Shown here: one piece after another, positions 1-9,978 of the stretch
Numbering within the stretch: the first letter of the stretch is position 1
Layout of the letters: each line of letters opens with the position of its first letter
NCBI GenBank assembly: GCA_024231025.1
Contig: JAAEQW010000274.1
Span: 1,615-65,614 of the forward strand
DNA from: Candidatus Omnitrophota bacterium
GTDB taxonomy: Bacteria > Omnitrophota > Gorgyraeia > Duberdicusellales > 4484-171
Length of the DNA: 64,000 nucleotides
Direction: 5' to 3'
The notes under the pieces: model-generated
The model's database searches: none
Seen by the model: only the letters and a program-made list of their open reading frames with translations
Told to the model about the DNA's origin: nothing
Made by a program: the position numbers and the translations under genes

Positions 1-2919
1 CCTGATTGGAACACGCACCATAAATAGATTCTTAACCCGTTCAATCTGATCAGAAGAAGCCCTTCTCTTTTCAAGGTACTCCAACATAAAATTCTCAGCC
101 TTACCCGCTACAGTATCTCGCGTCAATTCAAGATCCAACCCTTCGGCCAAAAGAAGAACCGCCAAATACGCACATGCCAACTCAAGAGAAACCCCATGCT
201 TATTGTCTGCCTCCTGATTATCTTGATCATTAATCGGCAACAACTCTATCTTGGGATTTATCTGATCAATGACTCTATCAATTTGCCCAATAATATCTTC
301 CTCATTCTTTCCTGGAATCACACGTCCTTCCATCTCTTCAATCAGAGCAAAGAATATCCCTGCACGGCGAAATACTGCATACTGATCTTCGGTAGCAAAA
401 TGTATTGGCAAACGAGTATAAGGCACTTGTGGTTGCACCTGTCCTAATGGCAGTTTTAGAAACTCTTGAACATTAGCTTTTTTTGGCGACATACCAAAAA
501 AATCCACAATCTCTGCGTGACTATATCTTGGACAACCAAACCCTTCAGCCATTCGACAGGCAATCCTTTCTAAAGGACTAAACAATCCAGAAATCTCCTT
601 AAATCGCTCTAAGCTAAGCGGCATAAACCTTGAATCGTCATCACCTTCACTTTTTGTTGCTCCAATTTTTTCCGCCATAGAATCGAATACCTCTGCTAAA
701 GCTTGAAACCCAAGGTATGTTAAATTAGCTTCAGATAAGGCAAATTCTTTCGTTTTTTTTAATTGCTCTTTGTCCAAAGCTTTAGCGCTCTCTATCAAAC
801 TGGCAAGGGTTACTGCGCTTGAATATATATTAAGTAATTCGGTAGGAGTCGCTGTAGCTACTAACTTGAATAAATCTGGTCCATGAGAAGGATCTACCAA
901 GCTTGTTAAAGATAGAACTGCTCCTAAATCTGGTTCTACTGCTTTGGCCACAACAGTTTCCGTTATTTGTTTAGGACTACTTTTTTTTGATCGCTTAACC
1001 AACCGGGTGAACTCTCGATCCGCTTCACGAAAAATCTGCCGCTGCAGGATTCGTAATAAGTAATGTCGGCCCTGCGCGGTGGTTGAGTCAATAGATTCAA
1101 GATCATACGCCCAGCTTTCGTTCTGTGCCCGCAGCTTAGTGATTGCATAACTTACATCAATGAATTTGGCTTTATCTCCAACTAAAATTATCAATTCTTG
1201 CTTATCGCAATCAAATTGCATACCAAACTTTATTTCTGATCTCCATAAATAGTGCCCAATCTCATGAACCCGGGCAATAATATTTTTTGCGATCCGAATA
1301 TCGTAAGCAAGCAGCTTAGGACTGCAAGAAATAAACCCACGGTGGTTTCCTAAAGACTCATCGGAATCCTCGTAAAAAGATATTGGCACATTAGATGGAA
1401 AAAGATCAATTATTCCCTGAAGCAAGGATTTGTAGTCAGGAGAAGCAGCATCAACCATTTTTTTTCTTTCTTCTTTAGAAAAATTTGATTTAATTCGCCG
1501 CTCAAGAACTTTTAATTTAACTTTCCCCTTCTTAAATTTACTTCCCTTGGCAGGAGTAACTTCGGCAATAATAAAATGCGAATTTGCTTGTTCAAGATTT
1601 ATTTTCTCAAAATCATTACCAATAAAGTCTGAGCTTGCACTACCCTCTGGATGATCAAGTAAAGATAGAGGACCATTGTTTCCCAAAACCCGCAGATCTA
1701 CTTCGATTACGCCTGCCCCGGGTGCACCGTCATAACCGGGCATTGGTTTAGATGGGGTAGGGATCTGGGTAAAAACGGTTCCTCCGGAGAAGTATTTACG
1801 CCTTATGCGTTTGTTTGTAGGTGCGTTGTGGTCTTTTCTGATGTAGTTGTAGACACCTTTTTTGTAAGCCTGAAGATATTGGTTGTAAATCTTTTCTTTT
1901 ATTTTGGGGTCTGTGCCTTCGATCCCTTTGATTTTGTTTTTATCGAAATATACCTGATCCAATACCAATACTTCCGGGGACACGTACCGTTCTCGGCCTT
2001 CGGCCTGCGCTTCCGGTACATGTCCCCGTGTGTCAACTGAGCGCCGCAGGCGGCGCTTAAACCATGTGGCAAGAATTAAAGAATTGTAGATTTGCCGCAA
2101 ACGGGTAAATTGCTCTCCTTTGTTCACCTCTTCTTCAATTACAGGAAGAATGGTTTCTTTTGCGATTTGGGAAGAAACATTATCGGGCACGGCACGCCGT
2201 GCCCCTACGGGTTGGTTTATGGTCTGATTACGTTGCATAGCAACGTAATCTTCTTCCAACATAACTTTCAACGTCGCCTTACCAACAAACGCTTTGTTTT
2301 TATCCGTATAAATTAATACTTCATCTGGGGATATCCAAACTTTATTGAAAGTGTTAATGGGAATATCAGTAGTTTCGTAGAGATCTTGGGTTTTGGTATA
2401 AATTTTTTGCCAGTATTTTTTACCTAGGTCGCTTTCGGGATAAGTTAAAGAAGCGGACAATTGTTTTAGAATGTAGTCTTCGCCAAGGAGATCTCTTCCA
2501 ACGTCAGTTAAACCTAAATCATTAGGAGCAATCCTGTCTTCTTCGTATGGGGAAAGATTAACCCATAAATCCTCAGAAGGAATAGTAAGACCTGCTAAAA
2601 AATATCTGATCAACCTTTGGCTTTCCTCTTTAAATTCACTATCATTCAACTGGCGATCTCCTTCATCAATAATAAATCTGAATTTAAAAGGATCTTCGGG
2701 ATAAAACTCAATGCCTTGGATAGTTATTGGATGAATATGTTGACTGGTATTAATTAATTCGGTTGGCGCCGACATATAGGACAGGACAGAAGCATAGCCA
2801 ACACTAGCCTGATTTACGTAAATTGCTAACCCAGACAAAATCAGGCTACCGGCAAGAAAGACCCCTAAAGCTTTAAAACCAATACTAGCTTTGCGTTTTT
2901 GCAATAATTTTAAGATCAT
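1..2919 (-). CDS. Large membrane-anchored protein, partial (C-terminus runs off the window start). It has an N-terminal TM segment, a domain paralogous to the 59484-60983 protein, and a central HEIGH (HExxH) metallopeptidase-like motif.
   Basis: The minus-strand frame from ATG 2919 was checked codon by codon over 1201-1860, 2761-2919 and about 900-1260, with no stops. The HEIGHYLW motif is encoded at about 1230-1260. The DNA at 1840-1990 is near-identical to 59815-59940. The gene is absent from the ORF track only because it is truncated by the window edge. Confidence 0.5.
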   Translation of the reverse strand, partial: MILKLLQKRKASIGFKALGVFLAGSLILSGLAIYVNQASVGYASVLSYMSAPTELINTSQHIHPITIQGIEFYPEDPFKFRFIIDEGDRQLNDSEFKEESQRLIRYFLAGLTIPSEDLWVNLSPYEEDRIAPNDLGLTDVGRDLLGEDYILKQLSASLTYPESDLGKKYWQKIYTKTQDLYETTDIPINTFNKVWISPDEVLIYTDKNKAFVGKATLKVMLEEDYVAMQRNQTINQPVGARRAVPDNVSSQIAKETILPVIEEEVNKGEQFTRLRQIYNSLILATWFKRRLRRSVDTRGHVPEAQAEGRERYVSPEVLVLDQVYFDKNKIKGIEGTDPKIKEKIYNQYLQAYKKGVYNYIRKDHNAPTNKRIRRKYFSGGTVFTQIPTPSKPMPGYDGAPGAGVIEVDLRVLGNNGPLSLLDHPEGSASSDFIGNDFEKINLEQANSHFIIAEVTPAKGSKFKKGKVKLKVLERRIKSNFSKEERKKMVDAASPDYKSLLQGIIDLFPSNVPISFYEDSDESLGNHRGFISCSPKLLAYDIRIAKNIIARVHEIGHYLWRSEIKFGMQFDCDKQELIILVGDKAKFIDVSYAITKLRAQNESWAYDLESIDSTTAQGRHYLLRILQRQIFREADREFTRLVKRSKKSSPKQITETVVAKAVEPDLGAVLSLTSLVDPSHGPDLFKLVATATPTELLNIYSSAVTLASLIESAKALDKEQLKKTKEFALSEANLTYLGFQALAEVFDSMAEKIGATKSEGDDDSRFMPLSLERFKEISGLFSPLERIACRMAEGFGCPRYSHAEIVDFFGMSPKKANVQEFLKLPLGQVQPQVPYTRLPIHFATEDQYAVFRRAGIFFALIEEMEGRVIPGKNEEDIIGQIDRVIDQINPKIELLPINDQDNQEADNKHGVSLELACAYLAVLLLAEGLDLELTRDTVAGKAENFMLEYLEKRRASSDQIERVKNLFMVRVPIR

Positions 2920-3032
2920 AATATCCAAAAAGACAAAATCCTCCCGTTACTAAACTGCATATTTTAGCCTACCCTTCGACTCACTAATGCTCGCTCAGGG
3001 TTAATTTTTCCAACCTTACGGCTGCAAAAATT

Positions 3033-3075
3033 AAAAAAACATAGACCTTGCCTCCCCAGGCAAACATCTATGTTC
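3033..3075 (-). terminator. Rho-independent terminator downstream of the HD-GYP regulator gene.
   Basis: Minus-strand hairpin AACATAGATGTTTGCCT-GGGG-AGGCAAGGTCTATGTT followed by a run of seven T. Confidence 0.5.
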
Positions 3076-3156
3076 CCTAATATATACCATATAATACGTA
3101 CAGAAACAAGGAAGATTTAGAAGATTAACGAATTAACAAAGCGAGGTTTGACTTTT

Positions 3157-4563
3157 TTACGATATTTGATCGCGTATCTTTTCAAACTCCAAATGATGCT
3201 CCAAGAAAACACGTAAAATACATGGATCAAGCTTTTCGCCCTCTTGCTTAATAATGTCAACTGCTTCCTGATGCCCTAGGGCCTTTCTGTATGAACGCTC
3301 AGAAGTTAGCGCATCATACATATCCGATAAAGCAACTATCCTTGCTGAAAGAGGAATAAGCTCTCCTTTTAGCCCTTCCGGATATCCAGAGCCGTCCCAT
3401 CTCTCATGATGATACAACACAACATCTTCAATTAATTTAAGATATTGATTATCACCCTTATCTCTAAGCAACGGTGTTAGCATTTCTACTCCTAACCTGG
3501 GATGTTGTTTTATTATTTCCCACTCTGCCGGAGTCAATTGATCGGGCTTAAGCAAAATCTCATTTGGTGTTCGCCACTTGCCAACATCATGAAGCATGCT
3601 CGCATAAGATAGATCGCTTATGTACTTGCTATCTATTTCATTCTTAAAAACATCGATTTTACGCAATTGCTCCGCAAGAAAACGAGTATATGCCGCAATT
3701 CTGCGTATATGCCCGGCAGTTTCTACATTTCCCACTGCCTCGGCACGTAGAGCAAAAACCTCCATTATTCCCTGATAAAGCTGCTCTCTTTTTTCCTCTT
3801 CTTCTTTGATTTTAGTAATGTCTAAAAAGGACCCCATTATCCGCACACCGCTACCATCTTCCAGCAATGAAAATAACGCTTGAAGAAAAAAAGTAGTATC
3901 ATCTTTACGCTTACCAACAACCTCACCTAACCAGCTTTTAGACAATTTCAAAGCCTCTAATGTCTTTTTACATTCTTCGGGTTCGTTGAAGAAATTTTGA
4001 ATATTTTTTCCCAAAACCTCTTCTTCGCTATAACCCCAAAATTTTGAGAAAGAAAGGTTACTGTCAATAATAAAGCCTCCTAAGTCAATAATGCAAACTG
4101 CGTTTAGCGATGTTTTGATTGCCATATTTTTGAGAACTTCATCTTTATTTTCGGCAAAGATATTTTCAAGATGCATTTTGTGTTCTAGGGATTCTTTAAT
4201 GGAGTTTTCAATAACATCGGCAGTTAAATCCCCCTTAACTAAGTAATCACTTGCGCCGGCTTTCATCATAAGAACTGCTATCTCTTCATTCCCAGAACCA
4301 GTTACAACGATTATCGGAGCCTTAACCCCTTTTGCCCGTATGTGTTGCAAAATTTCTAAACCTGTAATTTTGCTATGGACACGATAATCTAAAAAAATTA
4401 AATCTATTTCGGAATGTTCATCTAAAAAATCAAGGGAATCCTGCAAGCTCACAACATGATTTACATCAAGTCTGAAATCTTTCATTTTCTCCCCGTAATG
4501 CTTAAAAACCGCAACGAAAAATGGATCGTCTTCAATAGCCAATACTTTAATTGTTTTCTTCAT
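3157..4563 (-). CDS. Response regulator with an N-terminal receiver domain and a C-terminal HD-GYP phosphodiesterase domain.
   Basis: N-terminal REC-like sequence (LAIEDDP...DLIFLDY), then an HD motif (HDVGK) and a YHHERWDGSGYP motif. Confidence 0.8.
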   Translation of the reverse strand: MKKTIKVLAIEDDPFFVAVFKHYGEKMKDFRLDVNHVVSLQDSLDFLDEHSEIDLIFLDYRVHSKITGLEILQHIRAKGVKAPIIVVTGSGNEEIAVLMMKAGASDYLVKGDLTADVIENSIKESLEHKMHLENIFAENKDEVLKNMAIKTSLNAVCIIDLGGFIIDSNLSFSKFWGYSEEEVLGKNIQNFFNEPEECKKTLEALKLSKSWLGEVVGKRKDDTTFFLQALFSLLEDGSGVRIMGSFLDITKIKEEEEKREQLYQGIMEVFALRAEAVGNVETAGHIRRIAAYTRFLAEQLRKIDVFKNEIDSKYISDLSYASMLHDVGKWRTPNEILLKPDQLTPAEWEIIKQHPRLGVEMLTPLLRDKGDNQYLKLIEDVVLYHHERWDGSGYPEGLKGELIPLSARIVALSDMYDALTSERSYRKALGHQEAVDIIKQEGEKLDPCILRVFLEHHLEFEKIRDQIS

Positions 4564-4706
4564 AGTTTGTTTTCCTCCTACTAAAATAATACTACTTATG
4601 CGCTAAATCGTCAACCAGCAGCGCATGTTTATCAATACATTTTGATAACAGAAAATAACATTTGCTTTTCTTTGACAACCGGTTTTAAAAAATATACAAT
4701 AGTTTT

Positions 4707-5267
4707 ATGCAAGCTTGCATAAAAGGAAATCAATTTCTATTAGTTAAAGCTCATATAACAACAGTCTTTGGTAATGATGCTTTTAATAACGTGCTCGAGC
4801 AAATGCCACAGCACTGTGCTGCATCATTTAAAAAAATGATTAACAGCAGCTCATGGGTACCGGAAGAAGCTTTCGTAGAGCTTCTTGCAACAGCTGATAA
4901 AGTGTTGGGTAAGGGCGATTACAAATTATGTGAAGAATTGGGTAGCATTCTAGCAAAAGTAGGAATACCAAAGTTTTATAAAATTTTTATACAGTTCGGT
5001 AACCCCTCTTTTGTAATACAGAGAGCTCCCCGCTTTTGGAAACAACTACACAACACCGGACGCCTAGAAGTAATTGCCACCGCTAAAACATCTGTGATAG
5101 GTCGCTTAGTTGATAAAAGCCACCCCCACAAAGCTTTCTGCGCCAGTTTAATCGGTTACTTTAAGGCTACCCTTGAATTATGCGGAGCAACAAACATTTC
5201 TGTAGAAGAGCTTGAATGCGTTTGTAATGGAAACAGTTGCTGTGAATTCGCAGCTTCTTGGAAATAG
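4707..5267 (+). CDS. Hypothetical protein with a cysteine-rich C-terminus, possibly V4R/DUF2378-like.
   Basis: 186 aa ORF with a C-terminal CxCxGNSCC cluster and a tidy gene boundary. No firm family assignment is possible from sequence alone. Confidence 0.35.
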   Translation: MQACIKGNQFLLVKAHITTVFGNDAFNNVLEQMPQHCAASFKKMINSSSWVPEEAFVELLATADKVLGKGDYKLCEELGSILAKVGIPKFYKIFIQFGNPSFVIQRAPRFWKQLHNTGRLEVIATAKTSVIGRLVDKSHPHKAFCASLIGYFKATLELCGATNISVEELECVCNGNSCCEFAASWK

Positions 5268-5270
5268 TTC

Positions 5271-6080
5271 TTACCTTTGATCTCTTTCTACCTTTTCCGT
5301 ATCGATTATAACACAGACCGAACCAAGACCGGTTTCTAATCCTTCGTAGCGAAGCACCTCGTGAGGACTATTAGTTGTACACCAGAAATAGGTTGGCGGC
5401 ACAAGAGCGCTTGTCACTTTAGTTAAAATTCCAAAATCAGGAATAAGCCTAACCTTAATTGCTTCGATTGCGCCACTAGAATGATCCAAAGTTTCAATGC
5501 CTAAATCTTTTACGTTAATCTTGTATAACTTTGGTTCGCTTGAAACCAGATAGTACCGCAGGTGTTCTTTTTTGTCACGATTAGCAATGACCGCCTTTAA
5601 AAAAGGTCCCATCGTAAGATCGTCAACTGTTTTACCCTTTATAGGAAAAATTTTCTTTTTTATGACTTTGCCGTCTTTATTTGTGGCGCTGTAAAATATC
5701 CGCTTTTTGCGATAATCGTAAATCTTTTCATATTTGATGGCAACCGTTCCATCTTCATTCTTAATTGTTTGTGTGCTAAAATTTGGATACAAAAATCCGC
5801 CCCTTTCCACCACTTCAGCAACTGCGTCCCAAGTTACTTGTTTAAATTTTCCATAATCGCCCTTGCCATGTTGATTAATCTGATATATTGGTTGATTATT
5901 GCCGGGTAATTTTTTTATAGAAAAGGTGCGTTCAGAGCGCAGGTGCCCTGATTTTTTAGTAACGCAAATATCTTTGCCGTATTCAAAATCAAGTATAGAT
6001 GCACTTGACGGCTCCTGCGCATTCCCACTGATGGCTGTAGTCATAAAAAAAAGAGCTAAAAAAATCTTTAAGAAATACAT
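5271..6080 (-). CDS. Secreted hypothetical protein with an N-terminal signal peptide.
   Basis: The N-terminus MYFLKIFLALFFMTTAISGNAQE is signal-peptide-like. The remaining 269 aa are lysine-rich. Confidence 0.4.
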   Translation of the reverse strand: MYFLKIFLALFFMTTAISGNAQEPSSASILDFEYGKDICVTKKSGHLRSERTFSIKKLPGNNQPIYQINQHGKGDYGKFKQVTWDAVAEVVERGGFLYPNFSTQTIKNEDGTVAIKYEKIYDYRKKRIFYSATNKDGKVIKKKIFPIKGKTVDDLTMGPFLKAVIANRDKKEHLRYYLVSSEPKLYKINVKDLGIETLDHSSGAIEAIKVRLIPDFGILTKVTSALVPPTYFWCTTNSPHEVLRYEGLETGLGSVCVIIDTEKVERDQR

Positions 6081-6144
6081 CTTTGCCTCCTATGGCTTAC
6101 GATAAATTAATAAATTTGTTTTAAACCATTAAATTATGCCCGAT

Positions 6145-6222
6145 ATTGTAGGGGCGGGCCCGTGTGTCCGCCCGTTATAATTCATTTTGTCCCGGGTCGA
6201 CACATAGGTCGACCCCTACAAT
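6145..6222. repeat. REP-like palindromic element, copy 1: TTGTAGGGG + hairpin, spacer, hairpin + CCCCTACAAT.
   Basis: GC-rich hairpins GGGGCGGGCC-cgtgt-GTCCGCCCG and CCCGGGTCGAC-acatag-GTCGACCC, flanked by inverted TTGTAGGGG/CCCCTACAA ends. Related copies lie at 41454-41660 and 60149-60251. Confidence 0.7.
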
Positions 6223-6277
6223 GTTTATTATTCCATGGATATGATTTGACATTATTACATAAATATAACCAGAAAGG

Positions 6278-6631
6278 CTACATCTGCCACCAATTGCGAG
6301 TAAACTTCTCGTTAAAGTGTTTCAATATGTACTGGTGTATCTGCTCTTTACCGGAATCGGTATTGGCGGCAAAACAAAAACCGACCTCTTTCATTTCGCC
6401 AACTTCACTCGCCCAAACCACCTTTCCGGTAATTTTAAGATCATCTTCCGGAAGCAGTATCGAGAGCATACCTTCAGCATCAAGGCTCACACTTGAGGAA
6501 GTATCCAACGAAAGTCTGACTCCCCCCATGCTGATATCCTTAATTACACCGGAAAAATCCCCAGAATCTTGACTATTGTACTGCACACAAAAGGGGGCTT
6601 TAAATCGTATAAATTTTCTTTTTTCTTCCAT
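6278..6631 (-). CDS. PilZ domain protein, a c-di-GMP receptor.
   Basis: Contains the RKFIRF (RxxxR) and DISMGGVRL (DxSxGG) motifs. Confidence 0.7.
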   Translation of the reverse strand: MEEKRKFIRFKAPFCVQYNSQDSGDFSGVIKDISMGGVRLSLDTSSSVSLDAEGMLSILLPEDDLKITGKVVWASEVGEMKEVGFCFAANTDSGKEQIHQYILKHFNEKFTRNWWQM

Positions 6632-6737
6632 TTTTTTACCTCACTCATGTTTTTCTGTTATATAAACCTTTTTGGTACTCAAACATAACATATTTCCCAC
6701 TCAAATACAAGGAAAACACTATGTTTTTTGCAGATTT

Positions 6738-7424
6738 CTAGAAAATAGGCAAAATTTGGCGCAAAAACAGACCAATTAAAGAAGCGTAAATGATGTTAAA
6801 AATTAACGAACCAGAATACCCCAGGCGCTTGTTTATTACACGAAAAACAAAAGGAACTGGCAAGAAAATCCATGCAGAAAATAGAACCGACACCGAAAAA
6901 ATAAGCCTTTCGAACATGCCATATTTTATCCGATAAGACTTAAAAAGAACGGGGTTTTTAAAATACGATATCTTAAAAGCCTCCCATAAATACGCTCCTA
7001 GAAATACGGAGACAATCATGCCGGTGCTAAAAATTATCAATGAATCGTTGGCATAAATTTGCGCAATCATCCCCTCAAGCAAAGGGGCCTCATCGGCAAA
7101 TTTAAACAAAAATACCGGCAAAAGGCACGCAACATGAAGGCATTGATCAAGAACGAAAATTACAAAATTCAGTTTTTGATTCAGAAATTTTCTTATTTTC
7201 ATTTCATCCTGAATCAAATGAGTGAGACCGGCAAAAACTAAAACAAACCACATTCCTGGATGCTTAATAAAAGGAAATGAAAACAAAAACAGCGTTGCAA
7301 AGATAATGCATACGTGAATAACCGTCCCCGAAAACCCGCTCTTTTTGATACGATAAACTTCATCGGGTTGCAAAATTGTATCGCCTATGAAATGCGCCAA
7401 TAATAGTCTTAAAAAAAGAAACAT
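6738..7424 (-). CDS. Polytopic membrane protein, DUF3307-like.
   Basis: Multiple hydrophobic segments and an N-terminal LLLAHFIGDTILQ motif. Confidence 0.4.
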   Translation of the reverse strand: MFLFLRLLLAHFIGDTILQPDEVYRIKKSGFSGTVIHVCIIFATLFLFSFPFIKHPGMWFVLVFAGLTHLIQDEMKIRKFLNQKLNFVIFVLDQCLHVACLLPVFLFKFADEAPLLEGMIAQIYANDSLIIFSTGMIVSVFLGAYLWEAFKISYFKNPVLFKSYRIKYGMFERLIFSVSVLFSAWIFLPVPFVFRVINKRLGYSGSLIFNIIYASLIGLFLRQILPIF

Positions 7425-7500
7425 AATTACTTAAAGTATCTCAAACGTAAGCGGCCTTTTATTAATGTTAGCATGTTCACTGCTTAAACACAACCCAATA

Positions 7501-7959
7501 TTATGTAAAAATAATCGCCAAACGAAGAATGATGTTGGCATAAATTCCCGCGATCAGATCATCACCCACAATACCCTTGGCTCCAGGAAATTTTTCAATC
7601 CTATTGGCTGGATAAACCTTAAGCATGTCTAGCATTCTAAAAAGAAAAAATCCAATAATTAAAAATTTGTAGCTATAAGGAATAAACAAAAAGGTAAGCA
7701 ATTGTCCGGCAAAATCATCAACCACTATTTTTTTGCAATCTTTTTCACCCGACAACTCTTCAATCCGCGAAGAAACTAAAAAAGCTAAGGCAATCGTAAC
7801 AACTGTAATCACAAAAAATCCAACATTACTGCGCACAAAATAATAAATAAAAACAGCCACCACACAACCAGCGCTACCCGGCATTAAAGGGGTATAGCCA
7901 ACACCAAAAACCGTTGCTATATAAAAATATATTTTGTCTTTTACGTTAAGTAATTTCAT
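7501..7959 (-). CDS. pgpA: Phosphatidylglycerophosphatase A.
   Basis: Carries VFGVGYTPLMPGSAGC and DDFAGQ PgpA-family motifs. It sits adjacent to pgsA. Confidence 0.8.
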   Translation of the reverse strand: MKLLNVKDKIYFYIATVFGVGYTPLMPGSAGCVVAVFIYYFVRSNVGFFVITVVTIALAFLVSSRIEELSGEKDCKKIVVDDFAGQLLTFLFIPYSYKFLIIGFFLFRMLDMLKVYPANRIEKFPGAKGIVGDDLIAGIYANIILRLAIIFT

Positions 7960-7960
7960 A

Positions 7961-8524
7961 TCAAAATGTCCTTATTGTTTTTCTATTAACCCAAAGATAA
8001 TAAATACCCGAAAAAAGAGTAATCCCCACCACATAAAGCATTATAAACGGAATAACTTTAGAATAAAAAAAATAAACAAGATCGTTATGAAAAATTTCCT
8101 GCAAAATAAGCACAATGAAAATAAAAACAACCGCAACAATTTGAGATACTGTTTTATGTTTACCGCAACGTCTTGCCTCCAAAATTATACCACGATTTAA
8201 ACTATATAAACGTAAACTAGTGATTACAAACTCTCTAAGCATAATAACGCTTACCATCCAGGCATTAATCACCTGCAATTGCAAAAAAGCAAGAAAAACA
8301 CCGATCATAAGAATCTTATCGGCCACTGGATCCAAAAGTTTTCCTAAGTCGCTCACTAAATTCAGTTTACGTGCTAAATATCCATCTAGAAAATCAGTTA
8401 TCGACGCAAGAATAAAAATTAGAAAAGCGATCAAAAAACAAATAAGATTATTTCCTAAGATAAACCCGATGCATATAAAGGAAAGAAAAATCCTCCCTAT
8501 TGTAAGTTTATTAGCAATGTTCAC
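7961..8524 (-). CDS. pgsA: CDP-diacylglycerol--glycerol-3-phosphate 3-phosphatidyltransferase.
   Basis: CDP-alcohol phosphatidyltransferase motif DFLDGYLAR...DPVADK. Confidence 0.85.
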   Translation of the reverse strand: MNIANKLTIGRIFLSFICIGFILGNNLICFLIAFLIFILASITDFLDGYLARKLNLVSDLGKLLDPVADKILMIGVFLAFLQLQVINAWMVSVIMLREFVITSLRLYSLNRGIILEARRCGKHKTVSQIVAVVFIFIVLILQEIFHNDLVYFFYSKVIPFIMLYVVGITLFSGIYYLWVNRKTIRTF

Positions 8525-9771
8525 TCCGTAGGGCCTCCTATTAAATCATAGCCATAAACATCAGTTATCCTTGTTTTATGAAAGGTGCCAATTTTAAGAT
8601 CTTTCATTTTTATAAACACTTCCCCATCCACTTCGTAAGCATCATATTGGGTTCTTCCCACAAAAACATCTTTTTCTTTTTCCTCGATTAAAACATCTAT
8701 TTCTTTACCCAAAAACTGGCTATTAACACTGTCTGCAATATTTTGCTGGCAACGCATAATTTCATTATAACGGCGATTTTTGCGCCTATAGTGCACCTGG
8801 TCAGAAAAACTATAGGCTGCAGTACCTTCTTCGCGTGAATATGCAAACGCCCCAAGCCTCTCAAAACGAACATCCTTAATGAATTCAAGCAATTCTTTGA
8901 ATTCGGCCTCCGTTTCTCCAGGAAAACCAACAATAACCGACGTTCGAAGAAAACAATTCGGAATTTTTCTGCGTATTTTACTGATTAAACGCTTAATTTG
9001 CGCTCTGGCTGTGCGTCGATTCATTAACTTTAAAAGTCTATCATTGATATGCTGAATAGGCAAATCAATATATTTGCATATTCTTTTCTCACTAGCGATC
9101 AATTCAATCAAAGAATCCTGCAAATGTTTTGGGTGAGTATAAAGAAGCCTTATCCACGGCATGTCCGCAGTTTTAATAATTTTTTTGAGCAAATCAGTAA
9201 GACCCGCTTTAGCAGACAAATCCTTTCCCCAACTGGTGATATCCTGGCCAATTAGATTAAGCTCTTTTACGCCCTTACCATTAAGTGTTCTTATTTCGTT
9301 AATAATTTCTTGCTGAGGCCTGCTTTTAAGCGAACCTTTTATTATCGGGATAGCGCAATAGCTACAATTATTACGACAACCTTCCGATATTTTTACAAAC
9401 TCCACATGCGATGGAAACAGCTTAATTCTCTTAGATGCTTTCTTTGTAAAGCCTTGCACTCCCTGCCATTGATCTACTTCGGGAAAGGCATCTTGAAGCT
9501 CTTTTTTGTATCTCTGCACCAGGCAACCGAAAACAATTAATCGTTTTATTTTGCCTTGTTTCTTTAGCTTAACTGCATCCCTTATGGCATGCACCGATTC
9601 CTGTTTAGCCTTGTCGATAAATCCACAAGTATTGATGGCCAGCACACCACAAGAGACTGCGTCCTGCTTTATTGCATAGCCTTCTAATGATAATTTTTTT
9701 GCAACAACTTCAGAATCATAGGTGTTTCGGAAACATCCCAAAGAAACTATAGAAAATGTATTTTTTGCCAT
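8521..9771 (-). CDS. rimO: Ribosomal protein S12 methylthiotransferase RimO (MiaB family).
   Basis: N-terminal MTTase domain, radical SAM CRNNCSYC motif and a C-terminal TRAM-like region. The likely start is the internal M (MAKNTFSIVSLGC); the track ORF extends to 9831. Confidence 0.8.
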   Translation of the reverse strand: MAKNTFSIVSLGCFRNTYDSEVVAKKLSLEGYAIKQDAVSCGVLAINTCGFIDKAKQESVHAIRDAVKLKKQGKIKRLIVFGCLVQRYKKELQDAFPEVDQWQGVQGFTKKASKRIKLFPSHVEFVKISEGCRNNCSYCAIPIIKGSLKSRPQQEIINEIRTLNGKGVKELNLIGQDITSWGKDLSAKAGLTDLLKKIIKTADMPWIRLLYTHPKHLQDSLIELIASEKRICKYIDLPIQHINDRLLKLMNRRTARAQIKRLISKIRRKIPNCFLRTSVIVGFPGETEAEFKELLEFIKDVRFERLGAFAYSREEGTAAYSFSDQVHYRRKNRRYNEIMRCQQNIADSVNSQFLGKEIDVLIEEKEKDVFVGRTQYDAYEVDGEVFIKMKDLKIGTFHKTRITDVYGYDLIGGPTE

Positions 9772-9978
9772 TGTTTTTTGTAACTTGTAACTGTCTCTTA
9801 TCAAAAACCTGCTTAAAATCGCACTAAACAACCCGAACCCGTAAAATCCACGTTTGCTTATATTACCATATCAAAAGAAGTATTCCAGTAAAAATTCCGG
9901 GGAAAAAATTGAAATGTTCCATTTGCAATAATCTTACAACATGGGATAATGATGAATAAAATACGGTAGGAGGTATAA

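Noticed and set aside
196-447. 83-aa plus-strand ORF.
   Set aside because: It lies antisense to the long, continuous minus-strand coding frame of the 1-2919 gene. The composition is low-complexity and there is no RBS.
8697-8933. 78-aa minus-strand ORF and other small antisense or alternate-frame ORFs (for example 7059-7241, 7934-8200, 13525-14063, 52637-53467).
   Set aside because: They are fully embedded in well-supported genes (rimO, pgsA, ftsK, the histidine kinase) in other frames, with no supporting signals.
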